Below are positions 12,226 through 25,122 of a DNA stretch of 64,000 bases, piece after piece. The DNA is taken from the NCBI RefSeq assembly GCF_003918875.1, contig NW_025767533.1:248001-312000 (forward strand), given 5' to 3'. The DNA comes from Haliotis rubra. Lineage: Eukaryota. Numbering within the stretch: position 1 is the first letter of the stretch; the number at the start of each line of letters is the position of its first letter. The notes under the pieces were generated by a model. The model worked only from the letters and a program-made list of their open reading frames with translations, was not told the origin of the DNA and did no database searches. Made by a program: the position numbers and the translations under genes.

Positions 12226-15200
12226 TCACCCTATGAGGTCAATGTATCCCTCTGTGGTTACAACATCAGTAACAGACAGGTATTTAACATCCTTTCCTGT
12301 CCTCACACCGTCCCTGGTCATTATCCCGCCTACGTTGGCAGTGTCCACAACAGAGTGAGCCACTCCAACTCTCAGAACATTCTGACCTTCATCGACATAA
12401 ACTTGTCTCCTACCAGAGAATTCATCAGACATTTCAGGTATTTCATCATAGTCATTACTGAAGACATTGGTTCTTACTGGAGAAGGCACCTCCGGGATGG
12501 GGTCATTCCTGTGACTTATACTACGGGTCAGGAGAGCGATGTTTTTCTTCCTGAGGAAACAGAACATTAAAGTGTAGTTACCATGACGATACGCCTTCAC
12601 ATCTATTGAAACAGTTGGATCATTGACAATTGTTATTACTGCGTCTCAAAGAAATGTTTCTTCGGATTTCAATTAATTGAAGGTCTCAGTCGAAAAGGAT
12701 ATGGCGGTTTGATACAGGTTACAATTGCATGGTGTCAAAAAGGTGAAAATTTGTATTATGCCTTCGCCTGTTCTTTGCTCTGTTGCAGCAGATGCCGATG
12801 GTGGCCAGGGAGATGACGGTCAGAACACCCAAGGCGACGCACAGCCAGATCACGAAGGATGGTAGACCCCTCGACTCTTCCGATTTCGTTTCCGCTGACT
12901 TGATTTCAGGACCTGCAACAATCACGAAACAGTCCTCAGATTTATTTCTTCAACAGATCAGATCAATGCAGCTTAACCTACAGTAGTAATGGGTGTTTCG
13001 GTGAATAAATAGCTTGGAAATGCAACATGAGTATTGATTAACTCAAACATAAAACTGCTACGTATTTTAAACAGAAACATGTTTCAGTTTTGCATTACGC
13101 TGTTTGTTTTACAAGTAAAATGGTAACTTGTTCATACTGTCAAATACTTCTAATTTCAAGTTCCTACCGCCGTGATGTTGCTGGAATATTGCTAAAAGCA
13201 GCGTAAAACCAACCTCAGTCAGTCAGTCAAATTCCTACTTAAGTATACTAGTTCTATGAATGATGCATTGACTTTGATCATCCGTTTAACTGACAAAATG
13301 TTTGTAAATAATCTAATGAATGTACAATAATCGACTACATAAATGATTTATAGACAAGTTACCATAACTATCCATTGCTGTCCTCTGGCTCTGTGTCGGG
13401 GTTCTGGTGACCACTTGTGGAACCTTGGGTACAGTGCCGCCATCTAAAAATATAAATAAACGTTTAGAAGTTTTAAACCACAAGTTTTCAAAATACTGTC
13501 GACATGTTCATCTGTAGAATGAAACAATCTTCCCGAGCATCTCCGCCTCTGTACTGATCTCTCCTCGTTCAGCAGCCAACTCAAGACATACATCTACAAA
13601 TTAGAATTAGCTTTTCACCAGTGACTCCCAAAATCTCTCTTCTCTGACTCTCTTATATACAGTGACGCCGGAACTCGTTGTTGTGCTCTTTGAACATGCC
13701 ACTCACATGGATATCTGCGATACATGAATAGTCTATTTTTTTATTATTATATACGACACACTATACGTCACACTATATGCCGTAGTTAATGGAACCAAAT
13801 CTATATGAACGCCTCCTGAATCGAGTACTGGACAACAGTGGGTAATGCCCTTGAGATTTAATTATAAAGTTCCACACCGTCAGTGAAAGAGGAATATCAA
13901 ATGTCAATATCGAGGGTTATTTGATGGGCGAGTAAGTGAGTTTGGTTTTACGCCGCTTGTAGCAACATTCCGGCAATATCACGACGGGGGACACCAGAAA
14001 TGGGCTTCACGCATTGTACCCATGTGGGAAATCGAACCCGGGTCTTCGGCGTGACGAGCGAACGCTTTAACCACAAGGCTACGGCACCGCCCCGTTATTA
14101 GATGAAGTTCAATAAACACCTCTTACCATCGCCAGTCAGGTTTTGTGGCTGACAGACCCCATTGTACCTCTCACAGGACGTGCATATAAGATCACATTGT
14201 CTGTTGCAGTTCTTCCCGTAATAACCATCTAGACATTGGTAGCAAAGTCCATCGTTGGAACATTTGTCGTGTTTACAGTTGCGGCAGTTGTGTTCGCAGC
14301 TCTCGCCGTAGTGGCCATCGTTGCATCTACCAGTGCAGTGTCCGCTTGTCTGTTGGCAGGCTCTGCAGTTGGTGTTACACCTGTGCTGGCACCGTTCTCC
14401 GAAATGTCCATCTTTGCAACCGTTCAGACAACTCCCATTATCCCTGACGCACATGTCCCTGACTGACTCTGCGCTGTTGTCAGAGGGTTCCAAGCACATG
14501 GTCCTACATTTGTTGCCACAGAACTTTCCGTAATACCCCCACCGGCAGCCATCGGTACAGCCGTCCCCGTGTACACATCCCACGACGACAGTTGGGGCAA
14601 GTTATGTCACAACTGTCCCCTGTATAGTTTCTCTGACATACGCTGCAGGTTGCAGGTGCAGTTGCGTCTGTGTTGCAAAATCGGCATTTCTTAATACAAT
14701 TCTTGCCACACATTACTCCACCGTCACAATTGGCCGGTCTGTCTTTACACATCCCATCTTTATCGCAACCCGCTGGTCCGCACGTCTCGCATTTGTGACT
14801 GCATGTCTCACCGTAATAGGAATGCTGGCATTGTTCACAGTCTTTGCTCTGTGTACGGTTGCAGTGTTTGCAGTGCTTTGCGCAGGGTGTGCGACAGGAT
14901 TCCCCTGCCCATCCGTCCTTACACCCATGTGAGCACACAATACCGCCGTGCCTGTGTAGAATGCATGCACCATCGACACACCCGTCACTGCACTTCGTCT
15001 TACACCACGGTCCCGTGTACCCTAGTCCACATTCTGAAACATGAACATACAGAATAATGGGGTTTTTTTCACATTACTCAGGAATGAAAGTGAAATACAT
15101 CTGTATTCTAATAAAGAAACTGTGCATACAAAAATGTAAATCAAATTCCTGTGTAGACACATAAGGATTTAAACTCAGAGATTAGTGACATGTATCCAAC

Positions 15201-17559
15201 ATGCATGCACGTGCCACACGTTCTGTGACGTCAGTGGGTTCATCCTTGAGACGTGCAATACGTTGTTGCACGTGCATTCCGGGAAAGAGAAACAGAGCAA
15301 ATGAATGCCACACAATACTGTCACTTTGGAAAGCTCAACCCCTGCCCTTGCGATCGTTCAAAAAATTAAACGGCTATTGAAACGCATAGCATGCCAAGGC
15401 TCACGTCTGCACAACGTCATGAGGCCATTGGGATGGTCCGTGGGGGAATGTCTCAACGACAAGTGGCTGCACATTTCCACTGACACCGGAACACCATTTC
15501 TGCACTGGTGAGACACTACCAGAACACAAATGACGTCATCGATTGGCCACGTTCTGGACGTCCACGTGTAACAACGCCAAGACTGACTGACTGAGTTTGG
15601 TTTTACGCCGCTTTTAGCAATAACAACGCCCAGACAGGACAGATGGATAAGGGTGACCCATCTTCGCAACAGGTTTCAGACTGCAGTGAGGACTGCCCGA
15701 ACCATCCCAGGACTTCGCCGTATCCACCCCAACACAGTTCGACAACGTTTACGTCATCACAGGATCAGACCACGACGTCCCGCCATACGGCCTATCCTGA
15801 CACAACGTCATCGACAAGCTCGCCGAAATCATGTCCGCAGACCCTTGTTTTGGTGGAGAAATGTTGTTTTTTACAGATGAGTCCAGGTTTAACATTTCCC
15901 ATAGTGATGGACGTCAACGTGCCTAAAGACGCGTGGGAGAACGTTATGCTCAGGCCTGTGTCTTGGAGAGGAATCGCTTTGGTGGTGGTTCCGTGATGGT
16001 TTGGGGTGGACTAACAGCACGCCAAAGAACTCCTTTGGTGATTGGTCAGGGCAACTTAACGGGTGTGGACTACAGGGATCGGATTCTTCGATCTGTGACA
16101 ATTCCTTTTCTGCAACGTCATGGCCCTGGGTTAACATTCCAACAGGACAATGCCCACCCTCATACGGTAAGGGTTGCTATGGATTTCTTGCAACACCACA
16201 ACGTTGACTTACTGCCTTGGCCTGCAAATTCACCGGATCTCTCCCCGGTAGAGCATGTTTGGGACGAGATGGATCGACGTCTACGCCGTCTTCCTCATCC
16301 GCCAGATAACGTCCTTGACCTTGCAACAGAACTTGAGAGAATCTGACGTGACATCCCACAAGCCTTCCTTGCACGTTTGATAGGCTCTATGCGTCGTCGA
16401 TGCACTGCTGTTCTCAATGCCGATGGTGGACATACCCGTTATTGAGCTTGTGACATGGTCGTTTGACCCCTGTCCCGCTTGTGGACTCGTGACATCATTG
16501 TGATTGACTTCTCCCGACTTGTTATGGTCTCATGATCCTTCCATTAAAGTTTATATGTACCTTTGACATTGTTATCGTACTTATCAACTGGGATAATATT
16601 TTGACAATGCACAGTTTCTTTATGTGGCTAGTATACAATACCCCTTACCGAGAGCCACTAAATTGTAATTTCCGAGGGGCTCTTGTGAGGAATTTCAATT
16701 TACAGTTAATGCTTTAGGAAGGTTGCGTGAATGACTTTGCTTTGCTTTCTTTTGTATTTCAATTACTTCACAACATCTCAACGTCATCACCTGTTGAACG
16801 AGGAAGCATATATTCCGAACAGTAATAATTCCCCAAACATAGAAACTGACATCAGAAAAGTCTCTCAGTAATGATGTTTATCCAAACAGAATAGTAGGCG
16901 GATCCAGAGGGGGTGGGTCGGGGGTGGGGCACAGGTGCGCACCCCAGACCCTTTTGTCCTGAGAGTTTATTAAATGACCGTTTGGAACTCTCATCAAAAA
17001 GAAGTGTGCACCCCTCTTTCTCATTAGTGTGCACCCACAACCCCCACCCACAACCCCCTCTTCCTCAAAAAGCTGTATCCGCCCCTGAGAATAACTAGGT
17101 AGCGATATTTCGCCCCCGTATAAGGATAAAGGTGTTTGTTAAGACATCTGACACATGACATCCAGCATCATGTTCTGAAAGTCGCACTTATGTTCTGTAT
17201 CTCCGCTCTTCAATAATAGTATTACGTATTTTACGTTGAACTAACAATGCGACACGAATTCTACATATTCCCAAAACTGTAAAGGTTTTATGGAAATCGA
17301 TGATTTTGACAGTGGTGTCTGGGATTTGGGGGACGAGGACAAAGCAATTGCACGACAACCTCACTCACGGAAATACCGAACACACGGTAGGTTTCTGTCT
17401 AACTCACATCTAATCAATTACTGCCGAAAGGTACATAATGAATGTTGAAGGGTTGTATGATCCTGTTTGGCAACATGGAAATGGAAACTGAAGGTTGTAA
17501 TTACCTGCTTGAACAGTTGCAGTAAGGACGCAGAATACACACCCCAAGAAAACCAACAT
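12226..17559 (-). CDS. Type I membrane multi-EGF-like receptor gene 2 with tyrosine-motif cytoplasmic tail (one +1 frameshift in the assembly)
   Basis: Exons 17559-17505 (signal MLVFLGCVFCVLTATVQA), 15033-14127 (EGF-like repeats, extra base in run 14565-68), 13443-13363 (T/P-rich stalk), 12912-12768 (TM FVIWLCVALGVLTVISLATIGICC; GC donor, or a weak GT donor at 12722) and 12550-12226 (tail with YDEI, VKYLSV, YIDL). Intron phases 1,1,1,2 are consistent. Confidence 0.85.
13930..14094 (-). mobile_element. SINE family B copy (intronic)
   Basis: tRNA head with B-box, shared body and tail. Confidence 0.85.
15100..16633 (+). mobile_element. Decayed Tc1/mariner DNA transposon (DD34E type) in an intron of gene 2
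   Basis: TIR core ataaagaaactgtgcat (15111-27) inverted at 16607-23. Transposase remnants run from MPRLT (15391) through DESRF, GGGSVMVWGG, FQQDNAHPH and WPANSPDLSPVEHVWD to GGHTRY* (16445), with frameshifts and a stop. Confidence 0.92.
16893..17087. mobile_element. Short MITE (hAT-like GC-rich TIRs)
   Basis: ggcggatccag ... ctgtatccgcc inverted ends; no clean TSD. Confidence 0.55.
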
Positions 17560-19412
17560 TTCGCTGCTGAAATAAAATGGACACAATTAAGAAAAGACTA
17601 CCATTAAGATTGTATACAGTCGCACAGAATGCACATGAATTGATTAAAGTATTTCATATGTATAGGGTGAACAATTTCAACGGACGCAGGTGATCGATGC
17701 TATTTGAATGTGGACAAACTTCATTGTTCCTGACTTGGGGTCATGTTACAAGTCTATAGGCTGCTTTTTGCAATATTCATTGTATCGCTAATATCTCAGT
17801 AAAATGACAAGTTCAACCGTCTAGGTTTACATATAACGTTCTACGCTATGGCAACTGTCCGATACATCAAATAGAGTTAAGATGTATATTTATATGGGTA
17901 CAGATATTTACATGAACTTTATCACCAACGCTTGCAATAATATAGCAAACATCATAAGTGAGAGACATCATGTATATATGCTCCTGCATACAGAGAGCAC
18001 AAGTATATTTTCCGGTTAACATCTTATCAGAAAGAAAATGTGATATTGCACTGCAATTGAAAAGATATCAATCTAGAGTTGAAATACACATTGTGGAGGA
18101 AGTACTCGACTTCCTTTGTGCCCAGCAAGATACTACGAGGCTTTCTACTTGGAAAAAGTGTTCACGAACTGTTAGAACAAAAGGCAATAGTAGAAAACCT
18201 TCACGATCGCTTATATGCCCCAACTGCAGAAATATTTACATCATGTATAAATGAGACAGACTCAATGCTGTTCTTCAGCAGGCATTTCCTCTGATCTATC
18301 CATGATGGAACTCTATCAATATTTTTGCGTCATATATATGTGTATAGCATCCCTCTCTGTGAGGTTGAACCACCATGATGAAACATAGGAAAGAAAAACG
18401 ATTAACACGTCTTACCTCTATGGAAGCCCACAAGACACTGCTAAGATTTGTCCAGGGTTCTGAGGAAATAGAAAAGAGATTAGCCTTCGAACATGGTAAA
18501 GGAAATCTATACTTGTTAAGATAAACAGATCACATGATCGGTGCAGCGAATAGTAAATCTCCTCTTAATTTCCCAGGCCTCTGTAATCATATATATTATG
18601 CATATATTCTGATTCGACAAAAATAACTTAAAACTTAAAAACCTAAATTTGATATAAATATGAATATTTATTGCACATCTTAATGTGCATGCAAGGTTGT
18701 GATCAGCGGGCAGTTAGCAACTGCATATTGATGTTGCAATAACATATCAACAATCAAATTAAATGTATGCCCCACACTTGTACAGGATCTGTAGCAATAA
18801 TGGGCACCAAACACTGATACGTTTGTTTAGTTTAACGCCGAACTGAGCAATATTCAGGCTTCATGACGGCGATCTATAAATAGTCGTGTCAGGACCAGGC
18901 ACTCTAGTGATTGACGGCATGAGCATTGATTTATGCAACTGGGATGCGATGAGATGCATCAACCATGGTTTTAATCACTGTAAACACGGCTCACTGTCGC
19001 TAGATATTTATACTAGAGAATGTAAGCCTTTAGCAACAGGGCGGCATGCGCCCGAGTAGGTCAGCTAAAACTAATTATTGCTTCCATATATAATAGTAAC
19101 ATACACATAACGTGGCGTGAGATGTACTGATGTTTTGTGTAATGTGTATAATATACAGAGAGAGGGGGGTAGAGAGTTAGAGAGGTTTGTTTGCTTGATG
19201 TGTTAGTCCCTTGGGGCGTTAGTACCATACATATACAATTCGTAATGATACTTTTACAAATTGGCACCTTGGATTACGATACCTTTATAATCCGGATGCT
19301 CGTCCAGATCTAGTCTTCTATCTTCCAGCCAAGGATGTCCTACATATCGTTAATTCAATGTCCACGCGTTGTGTTTCCATAAAGTACAGAAAACTTTAAC
19401 AATAATGAAATA

Positions 19413-19573
19413 TACTCATGGAAACAAATAAGGAATCACATGGAAGTAAAAGTGTTCCTTTATTCTTTTCCTGGTTTCGTCATTAGGTATGTATTGCACT
19501 GTGGGTGAAATTCTGGAATTAAATAAAGGAACACTCATATTTTCATGTGTTCCCTTATTTGTTTCTATGAGTA
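19413..19573. mobile_element. Tc1-type MITE
   Basis: About 55-bp imperfect TIRs tactcatggaaacaaataagg / ccttatttgtttctatgagta with TA flanks. Confidence 0.75.
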
Positions 19574-21027
19574 TATTTATTACAAATGTGACCTCCTCCT
19601 CAGTTTAGTGGCTGGAGCGTCTGTCCGGATGGAGGAAGTTCCGTAGTTCGATACCCTGGTGACGTCATAAAGGATGGTACTTGCTGTTCCCCTGTCTCGC
19701 TTACGTCATCAAGGGTGTAAAAACAAGCTTAAGAGGTGTCGATTGGGAGTCAGCGTTAGTAGCGGGATAGTATCGAAGGATCTTTGGGGTATTACTGTAA
19801 GATTGGGGTAGCACTATAAGATTTTAGCATAGTAGTGAATGGGTGAGTGAGTTGGGGTTTACGCCGCTTTTAGCAATATTCCAACAATATCACGGCAGGG
19901 GACACAAGAAATGGGCTTTACTAAATGCACCTATGTGGGGGATTTGAATCCGGATCTCCGGCGCGACGAACAAGTCAAACCATTGATTAACACAACAGTC
20001 TCGTTTCCTGTTGACTGGGTTCCGTCCTATTGCTCACTTAGTACAATAACCAGTCCAGAATTTTGAGACCAATTCATTTAAGTGGATACATAAATATTAA
20101 CCAGTATCATTTGATACATCTAAACACTACGCTCCTTATTATCCTTGCAAACACGTCGTGCAGCGTTCTCTGTCGTACAGCGAGCTCTGACAAACGGAAA
20201 TCTGGAAATCGTGGAAATCTCAAAACGAGGCTCTGTCGCTAGAAAAGTTTGGCGGTCTAGTACGAACTTGATATTATATCAATCACATTGTGCGTTGCAA
20301 AACTACATTGAATAAGCACAAGGAACACATAACAGATGTAACCAGTGAGCCAGATGCATTGTGGATCATTTTACGACCTCATCAAACAGGGGCAGTCTGT
20401 GACGTCTTAGTTAAGGTCATGCTGCCTACACCTCGCCATAAAATATAGAAATACGATGTTATTACAGGTTTAAATTAAAATTCATTTGTAAATATCATTT
20501 TCTTATGAAACAAGGAATGGAATTCAGTGTAACCATAGTTGTCTGTGATGTCTATTTTCACTTTCACACGAGAAAATTCGGATCGGCTGAAAAGTAGGTC
20601 ATAGTCTGAATAGGTTAATGAGACTCATGTTTCGGTTTTCAACGCTTTAACCATTAGGTTATCCCACTGCCCCATTTAGCATAGTAAATGCCAAGGGTAT
20701 CACTTTTAAATTTTCTACAAAGCTATTACCACGCCAGACTGTCCCCAATACATGCCTTAGACAAGGATATCATTAATTCAGTTGCCTTCTTCGGTTTCTT
20801 AAGTTACTCTCAAGGTTATATGCAAATCATTTTTCGGTTTGTCTCAGCTAAAACATTTGTGTGTGAAAAGCAGCGCGGTGTTGCCCCCCAAAAATGTAAG
20901 ACACAGATAGCTGATTAAACTTTTCAGTTAATTAGAAATATTTTACCTGCTTGTGTTTTATGAGATATGGATGTACCTCATGTGTAATCATGGCATGATG
21001 TGAATCCACAGAGCACCACATGTCGTA

Positions 21028-21191
21028 TGAGTTAGTGGGTGTGTTTTACGCCACTTTTAGCACTATTCCTGCAATATCAGGGCGGGGGACACCAGAAATG
21101 GGCTTCACACATTGTACCTATGTGGGGATTTGAACCCGGATCTTCGGATTGACCAGCAAACGCATTAACCACTGGGCTACCCCACCGCCCA
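21028..21191 (-). mobile_element. SINE family B copy
   Basis: tRNA head with A and B boxes plus the shared tail. Confidence 0.8.
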
Positions 21192-21833
21192 ACGTGTAGT
21201 ATGAAGCGACTGAGCGGATCGGGCGGTCGTTCGATGGGTTGGTGCATGTATCCTGTCATCATAACTCGGCGGGGTCGGGCAGCGCTCTTGATATCAACCA
21301 CAGGTCTGTCTGTTCAGCGCTCGTGCACTTACAGATCGAAGCGACATGTTCAGAATATTCCGGATTGCAGTGCGAAACAAGAAATACAGAAATCACAGGA
21401 AAATTATCATCTTTGCAGATCTTTAGATATTGTGGAAAACGTTTCCACTGTTGGCAACACAAGTTGCATGAGCAGTGTTGAACACGGAGATCACCTGAAC
21501 AGGTTTTAGATAATATGTTTTCCACTTAAGTAGTGTCTACAAATAAACACTGTGTAGTAACCATTTAATGAAGCAGGATATTGGGAATATTTGCCTGTCA
21601 GCATGTCCAAATGACACCCTGGGTGTACTTCATATAATCTATTTAGAAGCTTTAGCGACTGTAACATTTTATTATCTTTAAGCTGTGTCAAAGTAAACTA
21701 TCATCACACGGTTTCTTGCAACACATTTTATTGATTATATTTTGCTTAATGTGACGTTCAGTAGGTAGCAGACATCCATCACTTATCTGATAGCATGTAT
21801 GGTACGGAGAAACCATGGCTCAGTTCCAGTCTA

Positions 21834-22349
21834 CCTCCATAATCTCCAGGGTATACGTTCCGATAACTCTCCATTATACCCTGGATGCATCTACGCACGG
21901 CTCGGCCCGATGATTTTACTACCTCCTTTGGTTGGATTTTTATCCAATCAGGTGTCTACGCTGGGAAGTTCAGCGTACCAATCACAACTCACTTTCGTTT
22001 TTTAAATTATCTAACCGATTAAACTTGGCAACACAATAATATATTGTTGCAGAGGTACTCTGAAAGAGGTAGAAGGAGTTCTTGCATATATTACTTTAAG
22101 GTTTCAGACCTAACAAATTGTCTGTATGTTTTCCCCAAATCTGAGTCGCACTGCGGGCAAACTTTCGCGGCTGAGACCGCTATCTTTGTTGACACTGGCA
22201 AGCTCGATTGTAACGGCGGCTTATCTGATTGGCTACTGTGAGAATACGGAGCCAGCAAAGGGAGGTAATAAAATCATCGGGCTGAGCCGTAAATGCATCC
22301 AGGTTATAGTGGAGAGTTATCGGAACGCATACCCTGGAGATTATCGAGG
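21834..22349. mobile_element. Foldback/MITE element with about 100-bp TIRs
   Basis: cctccataatctccagggtatacgttccgataactctcca... (21834-21933) is inverted at 22250-22349. Confidence 0.8.
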
Positions 22350-23327
22350 ATGATTTCCAGTACAAATGTGAGATTTGAACACACGGTATAAGGATCCTGT
22401 CAAGAAGGCACACAACTCTTCAAATCAACTTCAGACGAACTGTGCCCTCTTCTTCTTTTTATATTAAACATTCTCAATCTAATTAAAAACGAATAATTTA
22501 GCGCCAGTATCCAGCTCAGCTGCTCAAAGGCGCTTTGTTTTTCTCTTGATCATTGGATGTCAATCTCAAATGGCACATCGTATTACCCCACCATTTGCGT
22601 TACTGATCGAACAGGTATAAAGCACATTATCGTTTTGAAAGTTTTGGTAGACCTGTTTAAGAAGGTATTTTGGAAACATCAAGAGATCGATACAAGAATA
22701 ACTGTTAAATGCAGTCATCTGTTGTCTATTTTCAAGCATTAACACAACCTTTGCTCTTTGTCTACTTGCGCATGCAACATTTTGCATGAGCTACAGTTTC
22801 AACGTGTTCGCTTGCTCGATCGTTGAGGCTACTAAACACTTAAATACTTTATGCACGTATATACGGTACACAGTGCGGCGCGTTTACTTCCGGGTTGAGG
22901 AAACTTGCCTATTGCCATTATCGTGGTCCTCATAGCTGTTTATGATCATACAATGCGACGTCTCAGTTACATATAAGACTTGTTTAAGTTGCTACCATAG
23001 TGCATGTTTAGCTCTTTGCTCGGCTAAAACAACACGTATCCTCTGTCCTCATTTCGTGACTTGGTCCATCAAAATCGTCAGGATATGGCGGATACATTGC
23101 TGATGTGACGTTAAATATTAACCCACTCACTGATCCATCACAAGTTAATGGAAATAGTATATGTTACTGATCTTAGGTTTAGTAAGCATGGTGTCACGAC
23201 AGCACTTCTTTATTAATTACGCTTTAAGAAAGGTGTATGATGGAACTCGGTTAACGTGGCTCCCGTTACATATATACATTTAGGGACACATGCATATATA
23301 TGTACATGTGGCACTCTGTATATACAG

Positions 23328-23475
23328 GAGGGTAGCCAATCGGTTACAGCGTTCGCTCGTCACGCCGAAGACCTGGGTTCGACTCCCCACATTGGTACAA
23401 TGTGTGAAGCCCATTTGTGGTGTCTTCCGACGTGATATTGCTGAAATATTGCTAAAGGCGGCTAAACTCACTCAC
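23328..23475 (+). mobile_element. SINE family B copy
   Basis: ggtagccaatcggtt...gggttcgactcccc...gctaaactcactcac. Confidence 0.8.
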
Positions 23476-23922
23476 CCAATGTATTTGCATGTGTATTTAC
23501 ACTGATTAAAAGTAGTTAACGTTCGGGACCTGCAAGTGTACATTTCGGACATATCAAATTTCTAAAAAAGTGAAAGAACCCATTTCCATAATTATAGGAC
23601 TCTCTGCACGAGTCCAATGTACAATGATGACCGATGACAAATAGTGAGGATACATGCTCTTCGTTAAACCATGACTTCCGTATCGCGACCAGATACAGTG
23701 AGTTGGAGACAGTGAGCAAGAGGTTTGCCCCATTTGCTTTTAAATATCAGCTCATATAGATATATAATAAGCTGGTGTTGTTGTTTTTAGAATTAGTAGG
23801 CAGTGCTCATATTATGCGGTGTACTACTGTTCAAATGAAGACTGCCAAATATATTTTGTTGTAAAAAAAATATACATCCCCGTCATGCACACTTGTTCCA
23901 TTTGTGTCTCGTGGCATACATG

Positions 23923-24165
23923 GCCCGTGAAGATCCGGGTTAGAATTGATCTTCAGTAACCCATGTTTGTCGTAAGAGGCGACTAACGGAGTCGGTGGTC
24001 AGGCTCACTGACTTGGTTGACACATGTCATCGCATCCGAATTGCGTAGATCGATGCTCATGCTGTTGATCACTGGATTGTCTGGTCAAGACTCGAATAGT
24101 GTTACGGACCGCCGCCATGTAGCTGGAATATTGCTGAGTGCGGCGTAAAACTAAACTCACTCGCT
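23923..24165 (+). mobile_element. SINE family A full-length copy
   Basis: cccgtgaagatccgggttagaattg...gcggcgtaaaactaaactcactc. Confidence 0.85.
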
Positions 24166-24959
24166 AACTCGTGACACTCAGGAATGTTCATGCTGTCATT
24201 AACTGGTCTGCCGCACAAATGTATTTTCTACCACTGCCCATGGCATGGGTTTTCTTCATGTAGGGTAACGCAACAGTCAAATAACTGTTGACAAACAATG
24301 TGAGCAGTGTGTCATCCCCGGGGCCCGAGCTTGTCTTTATCGGTGCAGGACACTGACTAGAAGCGAAAGTGAGCCCCGCCACTTCATCCTGGTTTCAGTA
24401 CGTTAACAGAAAGCTTTGTCATGGGCTGAGTAGATTCAGAATGTTCGACCCGATATTTGCAAAAATAAAAAACATTTTACAACCTTGTCTAATTATGCAT
24501 GAATTATAAATCACAATGCAATCACATAATCCATTATTGCATTATGCATGTAATGCAAAGTATAATAATTGTTGACAGTTGACTGTCATTATCAGGCACA
24601 CACATTGCTCAACCAGTCGTGTACCGGTAGATAGGTCAACGGCGGCAAAGCTATGGTAGATCACGTGATGTTATTGGGTTATGTGTTCACCCCGCTGGGT
24701 GTTGTGTGTCAGTTCTCGGGAAATCATATCAGTTTCTAAGTAGTACACAGGGCTCGATGTGCACCTTCCTTGATCGGCTGGTGGTCTATTCAGATCATTC
24801 TGTGCATGATGAATGTGTACGGGTGACGCGGCGTTGAGCAATGGTTCGGGTTAAACCATGTCGCGTCAACTTCATGCTGGGGGAAGGCCTTAGACGTCTA
24901 AACAAGAACACGACTATATATGTCTTAGTCACTCTACTACCCCACACGTCCAGCTCTAT

Positions 24960-25122
24960 GGGGGCGGTGGGGTAGCCTAGTGGTTAAAGTGTTCGCTCTT
25001 TACGCCTAAGACAAGGTTCGATTCTCCACATGGCTACAACGTGTGAAGCCCAATTCTGTGTTCCCCGCCGTGATATTGCTGGAATATTGCTAAAATCGGC
25101 GTAAAACTAAACTCACTCACTC
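24960..25122 (+). mobile_element. SINE family B full-length copy
   Basis: gggcggtggggtagcctagtggtt...ggttcgattc...aaactcactcactc. Confidence 0.85.

Noticed and set aside
11842-12570. 242-aa plus-strand ORF
   Set aside because: It is antisense to the last exon and 3' UTR of gene 2, runs through a decayed SINE, and has no recognisable domain.
24960-25030. tRNA-like sequences with A and B boxes
   Set aside because: They are heads of multi-copy SINEs with shared bodies, tails and TSDs, not tRNA genes.
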